Origin: Camelus dromedarius
Taxonomy: Eukaryota
Assembly: GCF_036321535.1 (NCBI RefSeq)
Contig: NC_087438.1
Location: 13,394,001 to 13,458,000, forward strand
Length of the DNA: 64,000 nucleotides
Direction of reading: 5' to 3'
Every line of letters begins with the position of its first letter. The stretch's first letter is position 1. Both the position numbers and the translations under genes were made by a program. This document shows, in pieces, positions 1 to 13,875 of this stretch. The notes under the pieces are model-generated. The model had not been told where the DNA came from, searched no databases, and saw nothing but the letters and a program-made list of their open reading frames with translations.

Positions 1-1339
1 GTTTTATGTGATATAGTCAACAAAAATGTTATTGAAAAGAATGATGGAAAGAATGGTTGTTTGCCATTAAACAGAAGTTTTGCGAAACAGTGAGAGAGTC
101 ATTTCTCTATTAGTTCACACCTAGATGGTATACTGTGGCTGGGACACGCCTTCACTTTATCAACCCTATCAGAATTTGAACAAGTTCAAGTTATCATGAT
201 ACAGAGTCTAAGTTATTTACACTAAATTTGAAGTGACTTCAGTCTCTATAATACAAATTGGATATCTCTTATATATCTTTATGTAAAAGCTATACCCATG
301 TATTTTTGTAATATTTTATTGGTGTAATCTAAAGCCAAATGCACTTGAAACACCTTTTCTTTTTCTTTTTCTCTCTCTTTTTTTTTTTTTCTGAATTTGC
401 CTATGATCTACGAAAGGCAAGAAATCTCATTTGAATAGAGTTAAAAGGGATTCGTTTTCACTCATGCATAAAATTTTTTTTAAGGATTCAGCTGTGTCAG
501 TGATAGATGGATAGACTGCTGAGAAACCATTCGAGATTTCTGTGATTAGGTTAGACAGGTCCCAACTCCTATTAGTGAGTGTTGCCATGTTCTGTTCCAG
601 AGAGGAGGCAGCTGTCTTCTTCACTTGTCCCCCGGTGCTGCCGGCTGTAACTAAGCCTACAACATTTTCGACAAGCAAATCAGGAAGGACTTTGCAGACA
701 GATGGCGAAGCTGCCTATGCATTCTCATTTACATGCAACCTTGGTTCCTAATTGTACTTGAGCCATATGCAGAGGGTTTGCTTTCCTTTTGGATTGGTTT
801 CAAGTGCTAGGCAGACAAGTAAATCTAACCTGGTCCACGTTTTCCTAATATGATTTAATTCAATAGAGCGATGTGAAGTGTTTATCAAAAGAACTTTTGA
901 AGCTAAAACCTTGGCTGAATGCAGAAATTGGTACCAACCATGGTTAGTGAGAAGAGTGCCCTAGGAGACGTACTCATATGGCGAATGAAGACAACATTAT
1001 ATAATTTATAAGCTAAAATAAAATGAAAATATGAACAAACTCTACTTGGGATTTTGAACTGTCAAAGCCTAATATTATTCAATTAAAATGCCTGTAATAC
1101 ACTAGCCAAATTATGTATTTTTCATTATTGGATGATCCAAGATAAGCCAAAAATACTGTATATACTTTATTTCTGTAATAAAATAATATTTTCTCAGTGT
1201 GTAAAATTTTGAAAAGACTTGGAAAAATCTATTTATAGTTCTATTACTCAAATATAATTATTAGCATCATGCACATTTCTTTATATATTGAACACAATTG
1301 AGATAAATCTATATAAATGAATTATTGTCCTGTATTTCT

Positions 1340-1680
1340 TACTAAACTCTATACCCTAAGTATATTCCAAAATGAATTCAATTAATTTCATAACCATTTT
1401 TTAAAGCAGTAAACATTAATTTTATGGCTGCATCTCTTGAGCAACAGTCTGTTATAGATGCTTATCATATTTTTATCTGTTTGCAGTTTTATAAATAATT
1501 CTATTGTGAACATTTTGGCATAAATACTTGTTTTCAGTTTAAGTGATTTCCTTAGGAGAGATTTCTAGATTAAAATTAGAATGAAGAGTGAGATTTCTAG
1601 ACATATCACATACTGACAAATTGCCTGAAGAAGAAATGTATTCTGATTTATTCGATCACCATTAGTGTGAGCATTTCTCA
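1340..1680 (-). mobile_element. Old L1 (L1ME-like) 3' fragment
   Basis: ttttatggctgcat...ttgtgaacatttt...gatttccttaggagagatttctaga resembles the antisense 3' end of L1ME; heavily diverged. Confidence 0.55.
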
Positions 1681-2464
1681 AACACTGCTAGCTATGTTAA
1701 TTAGGATGTGGGTTGTAAACAATATCAAATATCAATATGATTACATAAATTCTGTCAGAAATAGTTAAATGGCAGGGCAGGGATCAAATTTATTGATTCT
1801 GTGATGGAACACCATCTTTAAACCCAGATTACATTTCTCTTTGCTCTATCTCAGTGTTGAATTCATCCATATGTTGCTAGATTTCTGAGAGCTGTTGAAA
1901 TCTAAATTTCCAAGCATCATCTAAACATGATCATATCTGGAGGGAAAAAAACATGATAAATCATTCTTTTCTATCGTTCTTTCTTGGGAGGTAGCAAACT
2001 TTCCACAAAAATGAACGAAAAGTATTCTCTTACGACTCATGCCCCAAAATTTGCTTAAATTCTGATTCATAGTTAGACATATTTTTCTACCAGGAATATA
2101 TATTCAATTTTGAAAAAAAAGAATAGTTATAGTTTAAAAAAACAAATATGAAAGAGTTAAGTGGAATACTCTGAAAGTCAAATTGTCCAACATGGACAAA
2201 TGCTCTGCCTTCTGGGCAAAGTCTTCCTTCTCTGTTTATTATCCTCTGTGGCCACATCAAGGAGGAGCTTCACCACTTCAGAGACCCACTTGTTGCTCTG
2301 TATCTGGAGATCAACTCTGATAAATGCAAAACAAGTGTCACCCAATTTTCAATCAGAAAATGTAGCATTTTAACTTCCTCCAGCCCAATCCTCCATTCTT
2401 GGAATTTCACATTTCAGTGTCTGTTATATATCACCCCCCATTTTCTGGTGCTGAAATCTACCTG

Positions 2465-2980
2465 AGAATATTTTCAGGTAGCAGAAAGCAAAGTCATCCA
2501 CTGAAACTGGCTTCAAATATAAAGACATATAATATCAGATATAACAGAAGTCTGGAAAGAGAAATCTTTAGAACTAGATGATTTACCAACTCAAAATTGC
2601 AATGTAACTTTCTTCTCTCTCCATCGGTGTCAGTGGTGGCTTTGTCCTGAGGCTGAGACAGGATGACTATGGTTGCTCAAGAAACAACAAAAACAAGAAG
2701 AGAGTTTCTCTTATTGTGGATTATCTAATGAAAGAAAACCTTTTCCTTCCTAGAAATTTCTGGTCAGGTGTCCACTGGTGTCATAGTTGCTAGAATCAGG
2801 TTGCATGTCTAGTTACAAACTGATAATAAGTGGCTGGAATCATGGGATTAACTTAGCTCAGAAATCTTTCACTGACAATGAAGGTGAGTTCAAGTCACTC
2901 CTAGGAACATGGTTTCATGGGAGAGGGTTGCATAGACGATCAGCACCAGTGTTCAGACAGAAGGGTGGGTGAAGGATAAG
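2465..2980. mobile_element. Old MaLR LTR remnant (MLT1J/K-like)
   Basis: gtagcagaaagc...actgaaactggcttcaa...ataacagaagtc resembles the terminal motif of old MLT1 LTRs. Confidence 0.45.
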
Positions 2981-3009
2981 CATGTTTCCCAGGCAAAATG
3001 AGTTTAAAA

Positions 3010-4470
3010 TTTCTTTTATTGACAGCACTGACTGGAATTTCCGATACAATTTTGAATAGAAGTGATGAGAGCAGATGTCCTTGAGCTTAGGTGGAAATAA
3101 TTCATTCTTGCACCATTTAATATGATCTTGGTTATAGCTTTTTCAAAGATGTCCTTTAGCATCTTGAAGACATATCTTCTTCCCCTTGCTTGCTGTGATT
3201 TTTTTTTTTTTAAATCAGGAATGGTGACAGATTTTGTCAAATGTATTTTCTTTATCTATAGAGATGATCATGTGTTTTTTCTTTCAGAATTTTAATATGG
3301 TGAATAACATTGATTTTCAAAAGTTATTTTAAACTTGTATTCCTGAGATAAAACTTATCTGATAACAGTGTACTGTTCTTTTGATGTTGCTAAATTCTAT
3401 TTGTTAGAGGTTTGTTTATCATTTTCGCATTTATGTTCATGAGGGATACTTCTTCCCTTGGAGCATCTTTCTCTGATTTTGGTATCAGTAGAATTGCAAC
3501 CTCATCTATGAGTTAGGAAGCAATTCCACCTCTAAAATTTGGGGGAAGGTTTTGTACAGGATTGGTATCATTTCTTCCTTAACTGTTTAGTAGAATTTAT
3601 CATTTGTGCTTGTAATTTTTTGTGAGAAATTTTAAAATTACAAATTAATTTCATTTAATAACTATAGACTACTGACTTTAGAGCTTTCTTCTGATACTTA
3701 GTAAGATATATTTCAAGGGATTTTTCCTCTTTATTTACCTAAGTTGTAAATTTATTAACATTGTTAATATTCCCTTATTACCATTTGACATATTATTATT
3801 ATGGTATTTTCAGAATAATCTGTGTCAGTTTCTCTAATTCCTGACATTTGTGACATGTGTTTATTCTATTTTTCTGAACAATCTGGCTAGAAGTTTATCT
3901 ATTTTCTTGACCTTCTTAAAGAACTAGCTTTTGTTTTCATTGATTATCTCTAAGTCTGTTTTCTGCTTCAGCAATTACTATACTCATTTTTATTATTTCC
4001 TTTCATCTGCTTATTTTAGGCTAACTTCTTCTTTGTTTTATAGTTTCTTAAGGTAAAAGCTGAGGTTATTATATTTAGAATCTTTCTCCTTTTCTAATAT
4101 AGGCATTTAATACTATAAATTTTACGCTAAATGCAGTTTTAGAGTCATACTATCATTTTTATATGTTGTGGCTTCAAATTTATCCAATTACTAATTATTT
4201 CTAATTTCCTTTTTGAAATATTCTTTGACTCATTGCTTGTTTAGAAATGTCCTATTTTGTTTCTGACGATTTGGAGATTTTAAAGAGGTTTTTTTTGTTG
4301 TTGTTTATTTCTAATTTAAATTTATTAGGTCCAAATATTTGTATAAGTTACATCTTTGGAAATTTATTGGGATTGATTTCATGGTTAAGAACATAGTATA
4401 TTTTGAAAAAAATGTACATGCATTTAAGAATTGTATTTTGCTGTTGTTGGTGGAATGTTCTATAAATATC
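3010..4470 (-). mobile_element. L1M ORF2 fragment, degenerate
   Basis: Antisense ORF2 landmarks: ttgaatagaagtgatgagagcag, attttgtcaaatgtattttct, ggattggtatcatttcttcc, attttgctgttgttggtggaatgttctataaat. ORF 3016..3240 carries L1-like KITKIILNGARMNYF. Confidence 0.85.
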
Positions 4471-7400
4471 AAGTTTAAGTGAAATTAGAGGAAGTGTTGA
4501 CAGCAATTAAGAAGATAAATTTAGATTTTTTTATCAAGTAAAAACCTTGAAGGCAAAGTAAATGCCAAGGACAGTAATGGTTTTGATTATAATCAATAGC
4601 AATTTTGTCAATGTCTGGCCAAATTATAACTCAACTTATTTTATAATTCTTTTAGTTTAGACCTACTGTCATCCAACTTTTATTATCTCTTATAACTATT
4701 GATATTAAAAAATTAGAAAAATATGTTTATCCTAGAACAATTCAATATTGATTATATGATCAGTACAGGCAGGTTTATTTAAAATACATGGGGACAAAAT
4801 ATATTATACATATATTTTACATAATATTTGATTTTGTTTATGTAGAAAGGATAAAATGCTCCTGTATCCAACAGCTATTAGGCCTTTTAAAGAATTTAAA
4901 AGAAAAATAATTTTTCCATGATGGTCCTTTAACAAGTAAATGTAACAAAGATCTGACATGTTTGCTGACTATTTACCTTGCACAATTATGCTCCGCATCT
5001 TAGTGCATTCCCTGAAGCAGTTTATTTCATCTGGCAACACATGGAAACTTATTTTCTAGTAAAGCTCTATTTTAGAAGAGTTGTAGACCCACCGATCTAA
5101 ATAAAAATTGCAAAGATGGTAGAAATGTGAACTTTTGAACCATAATTTTTTCTTCTTAGAATGCAGAAATGATGTGATATGATAGACTCTGAAGAAATAA
5201 ATATCCCACTGAGAACCAGAGTAAATTGGAATGTTTTGCTTTGTGGTTTGGAGATGCAAAAAAGAAATTTTTTAGTTTTCTTTAACTTTTCCTTAGAGAA
5301 TGTAAGCTGTGTTGTGATGTCAAACTCATTCTAAGTTTAGACACCACAGACAAGTTGTGCACTCTAATTAAAACAAAATGAATATACATTTCTTACACAT
5401 AAATCTTTGATGGTGGGAAATGTACCTTAATGTTTCTAAAGACTCCTCAGTAGTCAAAATGCCTCTCGCTATGATGATGCTACTTTTTGCAGCCACCTAA
5501 AATAGTTATCAAAGTGAATTTGACACACCAAGATCATCTCATACTTGTGTACTGTTTGATAATTGGGTTACTTGGGACCATTTACTCCAAAATATCCACA
5601 GTCTTAAAAAATTTCTATCAGAAGACATTATGCAAAAACATTTATGCCTAACAAAATATTTAATTTTCAAAAGTTGTTCAGTGAAGCTCTATTAATTCAA
5701 TAAATTGTATATTTAATCTTATTAGCTAAAACATTTTTTTTCTGCTTCTCTTTAATAATGTGACGTATTTTAATGTCTTCTGAAAAACTGAGACAAATAA
5801 GAAGCTGGAGAGTTTATACAATAAAGCTACTTTTAAGGAGAGCATTTAAAATGTTAATCTTTTGAAAAAACAAAGGGTCATAAATTTTAACATAATTCTT
5901 AATGTTCATATTAAATTTATATTATTACCTATATCTAAATATTTTAGTCAATATCCACTGGTTACTGTAAGTTATTAACTTTGGGAATTTATTTTTTCTT
6001 GACATTGTATCTTTTTTTTCCTTCATTCAAAAGAAAAACACTTGTGTCCCATGAGGAAAAAAATGTTACCACTCCATTTCTCAGATAAATAAAATAAATT
6101 CAGGTCTTTTTTTTGTTGTTGTCAGTTGAGGCCCATAAGAGGACTCCAGACTCTAAAAATACTGAAAGCATAATCTATAAAAAATATCCTAGCGTGTATT
6201 TTGTTCTTGTAATAGATTCACATATGTCACTGGGGAGCAACTCCCTCACTCAGTACTCAGTGTTTTTCATATTCTTCTCCTCAATATTATCTTCTAACTC
6301 AGAGCGCCTGTGGCTGTAAACAAGAGGTTCTTTAAAAAATAACAAAAACATTTCTGGTATCCCCAAGTGTTCGTTTGTTTTTTGGTTGTTTTTGCTAGTC
6401 TTCCTGCTTTGCTTTGGATGAAATACTTCCTTTGAACTTGGATCGACAAGGAAACACCCCATACAATATAGAAAGGCATCTAAATATCTATTAGTATACT
6501 ATTATTGTTTTTTCTTTTTTAATTCACTCTTTCTTTATTAGGGGAGGTATGAGTGACTTACACATAATTGGTAATGTTGGAAAATGAAAATGCACTAGCG
6601 TGGTGCATCTCCCCTCATCCCCTTTTATTCCCTAGGATGTCTCAGCCTACAGTGAACGTGTTCTGACCTGCCCTCTGCTGTGTTGTAAAGTTAGCACTAA
6701 GTTGCAGCTCCATATGTGGCTGACTTAGTAAGGCTGTCGTGTACTGGGGATGCAGTGGAAGGAAGCTTGTTGCTAAGCACCAAGGCCAACAACTCCATGA
6801 GCTGTAAAGCTCACATTTTGATTTCATTTAGCCTTACTTCCGTTTACCTTGAATGGTTCAAGATTCAGACAGGGGTGCAAGCTATTAACACTTTCCATTG
6901 CAAGAAATTCTTTAAGGTCTTTATCAGTTTTATATTTAACCAAATTTAACCAAAAACCTATGGTAAATTACAGAGCTGCTGAACATTATCTCTCTGTCTT
7001 TCTCTGTTTTCTACATATCTACATCAATGATTTGTCAAGAGTTATTATCCAAACAAATACTTAACAGTTCCTTTTACAATTTTCATAATGTAACTAAATA
7101 AAACACCTTTGAGACTCTTGAGAGTATGACTACATAAACATACGTGGAGTTAATGTTTCTAGCCCAATTATCAAAGTTAAAAAGTTGATATCAAAAATGG
7201 AGCAAAAATAACAAAACTTGTAAAGCAACACTCCTTACAAAATATTTTAAAAATATTTTTATTTATATAATTGTGCAGCCTCAAAAACTTAATGGTATAC
7301 ACTAAGCAAAGTATTTTAAATGCCATTAGTAATCAGATTTTTTTAAAATTATACATAACTTTAAACAAACAAAAAAATACTAATCATGAATATTCATTCC

Positions 7401-7769
7401 TATGAGATAAATTGCATCTATATAAAAATTGCTTCAAACTGTTTATAGCTTGCAAAATTCTTTGGGGGATAAATGAATATATGGAAGGAAGGTTAAAGAT
7501 CCTTTGTAATTTCTTAAAATCACTCAAGCTTTTAAAAATTCTTACTTTAAAAAAATTTTTCCACCAATAGTGTGGCTATTGACTTTTAATATTAGGGTAA
7601 ATTGAGTTTAAGTAAACCCACCTCTACCTAAAACACATATAAATATTGTGTTATTAAATTTTAAAAATTGAGTATCCATGGTCCAAATAACAGAGGGAGT
7701 AATTCATTTATGAGAAAAATTAAAAAGCAGCATGTCAATAATAATAAGCATTCACTATCTTAATTGGAA

Positions 7770-7880
7770 ATCAGGTACTCCATTCAAACATTGACTTTCA
7801 TACATTAGCTGAGTTATTTGGTGAATGCAATTTAACCTTTTAGGTTTCTTCATCTTCTTCCAAATGTGGGGATTGAACTC
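7770..7880 (+). mobile_element. MIR-family SINE fragment
   Basis: attagctgagttatttggtgaatgcaatttaacc...gtttcttcatc...aaatgtgggga resembles the MIR core. Confidence 0.45.
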
Positions 7881-9409
7881 TCTTAAAATTATCTGTTGCT
7901 AATATTTTCTTTCAGAAAGCACATTTAATTTAAAACCTAAATATATTTAGGGGAAAAAAAGTTGGGTAGATGCATTATCAAATTTGTTTCCACTTAAAAA
8001 CCACTTTTGGATTTTATAAAACTTTAACTTGTTCTAGGTTTTATAGACTGCAGAACCATCTTCACCTCACTATGGCATATTTTTTTTAAATTGATTTGAA
8101 TAAGTCATTTATATGATGATTGAATCTACCATCCTATTCTACAAAATGTCTTGCTATTAGAATATCCATTATAAGCATTTTTAAATAAATTAGTAAAAAC
8201 ATTTTAGGATGATACGTGGATCTGTGAATGAATGAGGAAAATAAAGGCATAATAGCCGAGGTAAAGTATAAATGAATACCTTCTGTGCAATCTCAAAACA
8301 TGTTTTTATCTGTATTATTTCACCAGTTCAAATGAGTACCTAGAACTTCCATTCATTTCACGGAGTTTCTGTAACATTGTTTTCTTATTGAGAATGTTTA
8401 TGTTCTACAATATTTTGGAAATAAAGTTTTATATTCTCTACCCTTATGTAAATGACTCAAACATGTCATACAATTTTATCTCTAGACATTTTTTGAGTAA
8501 TGGAATAAAAATCTCACCATAAAATGAGAGTTAACATATTATAGATTGATAGAAAATCTTGTCTAAAGATAAATGGTCCAGCCTTTGTGTAATAATCTCA
8601 CAGATTATATCCTGAAGTTAAGTAAAGCAATTCAATTCCACTCTATTATTTCTGAATTGTTGTGGAAACAGGAGAAACAGGTGTTAATGTTGATCACTGC
8701 TTAAGGAGTCACCATCATTCTTTAGTCACAAAATGTGTTTATTTCCACAGGGCAGAAAATGGGGCATTAAAGATAAATCATCATCCTCACGTGAGAAACA
8801 AATTGCCCATTTTCCCATTTACAGGACACAGTCAAATGGGTAGATGCAAGTCTCTTATTTGAAAAGTTTTAGTTTTGAGCCAAAGAGAACAAAGAGTCAA
8901 GAGAACAGCTCTTCAAGGATAAAAGTACAGTTGTCATTATAGTTAAAACCATACCATAATTTTATATTTCTTTTTACACAGACGGATCATGAAAAAGCAA
9001 AATGGACAGTTGATTGCCAAAAAGGAAGTGATCATTTTTCAATAATGTCTTTTATGATGCTTAAACTAAGAATTATATTCCCAGTGCTCTAAAATCAACA
9101 TCATACTTTACACAATTTAATCTTCAATAATACAATATTAAAATTTTTTGTCTTTCATTGAAAAGCAGACAGCCATTATCATACTTCAAGTTTGTTTTCC
9201 TTAAGAAAAAGCTCATGATTTATGATGACTCCTTAAAACTTAGATTTCATAGATCTTACCATACATCTATGAGAAATATAATTTTTCCCTATTAAAAATC
9301 TATATAAAGAGACATACCTACACTGGATAGAACATTAATAGCATTATATAATGTACACTAAGCACATTGCTGACACAAAGTCTTCCATATGTTTATAGTT
9401 ATTTAATCA

Positions 9410-9720
9410 TCATCACCAAAACCTGAAAACCCAAAATGTATTTGTACATGTGAACTGATAAAGTGTGACACACTTGTCCAATAAAATACTACCTGGCAAT
9501 CAAAAGAACAAATTATTTATTCACACAACTATATGGATGCATCTTATGTGTCTGTGTTAAGTGAAATGAGTCAGACACCATGGCTCCATGTTTATATGAC
9601 CCTCAGCAGAAGGTAAACTGATAGGGATGGAAAACCCATCAGTGCCTGCCACGTGTTGGGGGAGGAGAGAGTTTTCCTAAAAGGAAGGGACACAAGGTAA
9701 TTTACATATTGTTCGTGGCT
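9410..9720 (+). mobile_element. L1MC/MD-like 3' end fragment
   Basis: aaaatactacctggcaatcaaaagaac...atatggatgcatctta...taagtgaaatgagtcagacac follows the sense L1 3' pattern. Confidence 0.7.
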
Positions 9721-10358
9721 GTTTGGAGCTGCAAAGAAAGAGTTGAGCAGGTGACAGACACTGTATGGTCTACTGAAAAAAAAAAAAAACAAAACGCTAC
9801 CTTTGTTCTCACCTAAATAATGGCAGACATTAGAAGGTAGAGTTCAGGTACTGTTTTCATTGAATGTCAAAATATAATTGTCTACCTGAGTTATGATCAA
9901 CAACATGCGTGTTGCCACTTGCTTTATGTATAAACATGTGTTATTTCCATTAAACGGTTCTTTAATGACAAAGTTCATAAATGAGCACGTGATACCTGCT
10001 TTTTGTCATGGTGCTTGGCTTCACTCTGACAATTTGAGGCAAATCCACAGTTTTCCTACATTACATTGTTGCAGACCTTCGTCTGAAGTTTTATTTGATC
10101 ATTTGGAAAAAATTGAATTCTGGCTACAATCCACTACACTTTTCAGCCTGTGTTCCAGAGATTAGGAATGAGATTTAAAGAACAGCAAATGAACAAGAAG
10201 CTAAACTCATATACTATGGAAAACAGCACAGAGACAAGTTCCTGAGATCAGTGAGAGGTGGTCAGGTGAGGGTGAAAATTCATGTATCTACACATAAACC
10301 AAAGTAAATTTGAGTCATAGTATTGGAGAATTGTGGATTAATAAAGGTGTGTGATAAT

Positions 10359-10772
10359 TGTTGGTTCACAAATGTCCTCAGGAGCATCCCTGGATGAGAT
10401 AGGAAACAGACCCTATACCTGGAGGGTGGAGATGGAATGAAGAGGCAAGCCACCCCAGATTGGTAAGCGGCAGTTTTATTAAGCAAAGGAACTTACATGC
10501 AAGTTTTATCTTGGGCGGCCACAAGGTGAATAGATTTCTGCATTTACCAGACAGAATCTTAATGCTTATATAAAAGCCTTAACTGGGTTCAGTCATGGGT
10601 ACCCAGATAGAAATACCACATTCCTATCTCAAGGCTGTACCCCTAAAGCAGCTTCCAGGAGTAGGGAAGACAACAGAAGGCACATTCTAAGAAGATGAGG
10701 AGCCTCCGATTGCCTGGGTCCAGCTGGAAGTTCGAACCTGTGGTCACACTTTCTTGATGACTTCCACCAACA
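10359..10772 (-). mobile_element. Solo LTR, ERVL class (414 bp)
   Basis: Termini TGTTGG...CCAACA form an inverted repeat; exact 5-bp TSD ATAAT at 10354-10358 and 10773-10777; AATAAA and a TATA-like motif on the minus strand. Confidence 0.85.
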
Positions 10773-11119
10773 ATAATTTACGGTGTTCTCTCGACACCAG
10801 AAGCATAAAGGAACATAATTATAGTTGGAAAACATGTAACATATAATTTCTCAATAAAATCAGAAAATGAGACATAAACATAACATAAAATGGCATGTGC
10901 ATTCCTGATTAACCATAAATAGTTCTGAATAATCCTCATAAATATTCTCCTTCATGAATTTTTTTGTACAATTTAAAATAATGCATGAGTAACAGAAATT
11001 TCCTTAAATTTTTCCCAAACAGGGGCAGATTTAATCATACAGGATACTGATCTCATTTTATTTTCCATAGTTTCTAATGGTTTTTGACAGCCATTGTGCT
11101 GATGCTTTAAAAAATATTT

Positions 11120-11335
11120 AATTTAATTTAATATAATCTTAATTATATGAAAATATGTCTGCATATGCATAGAAAAACAGCCTGTAAAGGAATATACCAT
11201 CATGTTGACAGTAGTTACAATCAAATCACAATATATGATCATATCAGGTGCCCTTAATTTCTCTTTATGATATTTTTCGGAGTCTTCTAATTCATCTGCA
11301 TTGAAACTATATTACTTTTAAAGCAGGAAAAAAGG
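11120..11335 (+). mobile_element. L1ME 3' terminal fragment
   Basis: atgcatagaaaaa...aaggaatatacca...tgttgacagtagtta...tattacttttaaagcaggaaaaaa. Confidence 0.55.
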
Positions 11336-12865
11336 AGGGATTGTAACATTGTCGATATTCTGTGAAGGTTGTTGGGTCTTTCTATGGTCCATATCTACAA
11401 TCCAGCCATTTATACACTCTGTTACTAATTTGTAGAGGTATTTCTGGGAATGAAATTGCCATGTAGCTAAATTACGTGATTTTGACAAAAAGTGTTAAAA
11501 ATTGCCTTTTTTGGTTTTGTTTTCTTGAGAAACACAAATTTCACAACAGTACTCTGTGAGGTTAGAATTCCTTCCAACATGTCAGCCATGTATTGAAAAA
11601 AAAAAACCTAACATTTGGCAGTTTTAGAGCATTTTAATGATTTAACTGGGCAGATGGAGGTCATTTGGGACAGATGGTAATAACATAGTGTATATATCTG
11701 ATATCTTTAAAAAGTAGGCATCCTTATGACTTACATCACAAAAACTTGTCCTTTAGTTTATTAAATCCCTTTGTTATCTGCTTTCATTGCCACTTGAACA
11801 CATTATATGAGATGCGAATGATATAATTCATTAATGTGATTCTCTTCCGAAATGTCTGTGTCCTGAAGAAGCGCAAATATTCACAGAATGAAAATATCCT
11901 CATAAAAATGACTTTAGCCCCTCAAGAATGTTGCATACTATCAAATAAAGAAAATCATTTTTAAGGTAGGTGGACGTTCAATACTACCTACTCTCTCCTG
12001 GAGATAATTCTTTCTATAAGGTAATCTTTTATGAAAGCATCAGTGTTTTGAGAACTTGTATTTCATTTTCTAAAATGAATAGTTATTGGCATAAAATAAG
12101 TGTCATTGGATTTAAAGTAGTGAATGCCCTTGTGAGTGGATCAAATAATTTGTCTATTAAAATTAGAAGATGAAATTTTTACTCACATTGATAATTATTG
12201 ATGGTAAAGTACATCAGATGAGATGTATACATGAATTTTGAAACACGTACACATAAAAAGGAGTGTGTGTATGTGTCTAAGGTTTATAAGCCTGTTTTAT
12301 CTGTCCTTTATATGGATTTAACATAGCACATATAAGCTTGGTTTAATATTATGTAAATAATATAAATTATGTGAAAATATGTGTATATACATATAATATT
12401 GTAAATATAAATACTTTCAAACTTAATGAAAATAAATTTGTGATGTCATTTGGACTAATAATAGTAGCAAACTTGTAGTGAACAAATCAACTAAAATATT
12501 AAAAAAAAAAAAACCCAAAAACTACCAATGTTTCTAAGTGTCTGACAAATGCGTTTAAATGTTTTGACTTTTAATGTTTCCCCAGGGAGAATTTTGTATT
12601 GGATATTAGGGACCTTGTTTCATTTGTTCTAACTCTAATATGGGCCAATAACCAGGCATGTACAAGAAGTACATTCACTGAATTTAGCATTGCTTCTAAT
12701 GTAATGTCAAGGGGCACAAGTCTAAAAGTTGACAGGTTGTGAAACTCTTAAAACCTACTTCCAAGCAGGTGTCTTGTCTCTTTCAACGTTCTCATTGCCT
12801 TCTGAACAGACTGCACTGGATGTTTGGTTTCTCCTAACATGCTCCTAATTTTACAATGTCAAGGT

Positions 12866-13875
12866 TAAGTCTGGTTTCAGAGATAATATGAACAGTCTAG
12901 TGTCACAGGGCCCAGAAGGGCCACATGCTTGGGGCCAATGATCTGTGGCTGCTGTCTTTAAATTCTTATTAATTTTATCCTTGAGTCTATATTTTCTAAT
13001 TGATGTTTGCAGAGGCAAGGGCATATGTTCCAAAGTTTTGGTGCTTCATCTCACCCATGGTTATACCTCCTTATGATCTCCTCTTCTACCTGGAGAGGTT
13101 GTCCACCTCGTTTCTTTCTCTGGGATGAACTGGCCTTGCCTAGCCTGCCCCTCCCTGCTGCACACCTGCCCAGTAACCTCTGCTTTTTGTTAGTCTCAGT
13201 GGTGTGGGGAGGATCTGGGCCAGGTGGCTGCAACACCGTTGGAGGTGGTTGCCCAACTTCACTGGCTTAGGGCAGTGAAAGGTCTGTGGGAAAGGGAGAT
13301 GTTCGGCTTAGCTCCCATGACCCCAGCTGGAACACAGCAGGTCAGCTATCACGTTCAATCTTATCTTGGGGCAGGGCCTCCAGGCACCTGTGAAGGTCTA
13401 CACTCAGCCCACAAAAACTCCCATGCTCAAGAGAACCCTCCCTCAGCCTGCTCTGTGCCCACAAAAACTCTCTCTCCCAGCTTCCAACCTTCCTATCTTT
13501 AGCTTGGCTTTGTCCTCTCTAGCCAGCTTGAGACACGCTCTATGGACAAGCCAATGAACATAAATTGTGTAATTTTGTTGCTTCTAGTTATGAACTAAAT
13601 GCTCCGATGTTTGCATTCAAAACTAGTATTTCCTAGTACAATGATGAATGGTACAAATCCATGCTGATAATTTACATTTTGATTTTTTTCTTTAGTTAGG
13701 ACAACATTACATAGCAAATTAAAAACTTGCTAAAAGTTGAGTAGGTAAAAGCACGGAAAAAAAGAATAGCTTTATATTGTACTACCCTTACTTACATTTT
13801 TTTGTCAGATTTTTAAACAAAGGACTCTGTATTTTCATTTTTCCCTAGGCTTCAAAATATAGGTAGCTGGTCTTG
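12866..13875 (+). mobile_element. MER45B-like hAT-Tip100 non-autonomous DNA transposon, near full length
   Basis: 5' end cacagggcccagaagggccacatgcttgggg...aaattcttattaattttatc; 3' end ttttcattttt...aggtagctggtcttg; about 1.0 kb; eroded 8-bp TSD gtcaaggt / atcagggt (6/8). Confidence 0.8.

Noticed and set aside
427..751. ORFs 427..678 (-) and 542..751 (+) as protein-coding genes
   Set aside because: Non-ATG starts, no recognisable protein similarity and no convincing splice-site pair; kept only as a candidate non-coding element
6541..6560. ggggaggtat as the start of a tRNA-derived SINE
   Set aside because: No A-box/B-box or tail follows
12851..13557. GC-rich ORF cluster as a promoter or first exon
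   Set aside because: Lies essentially within the MER45B-like transposon and is CpG-depleted
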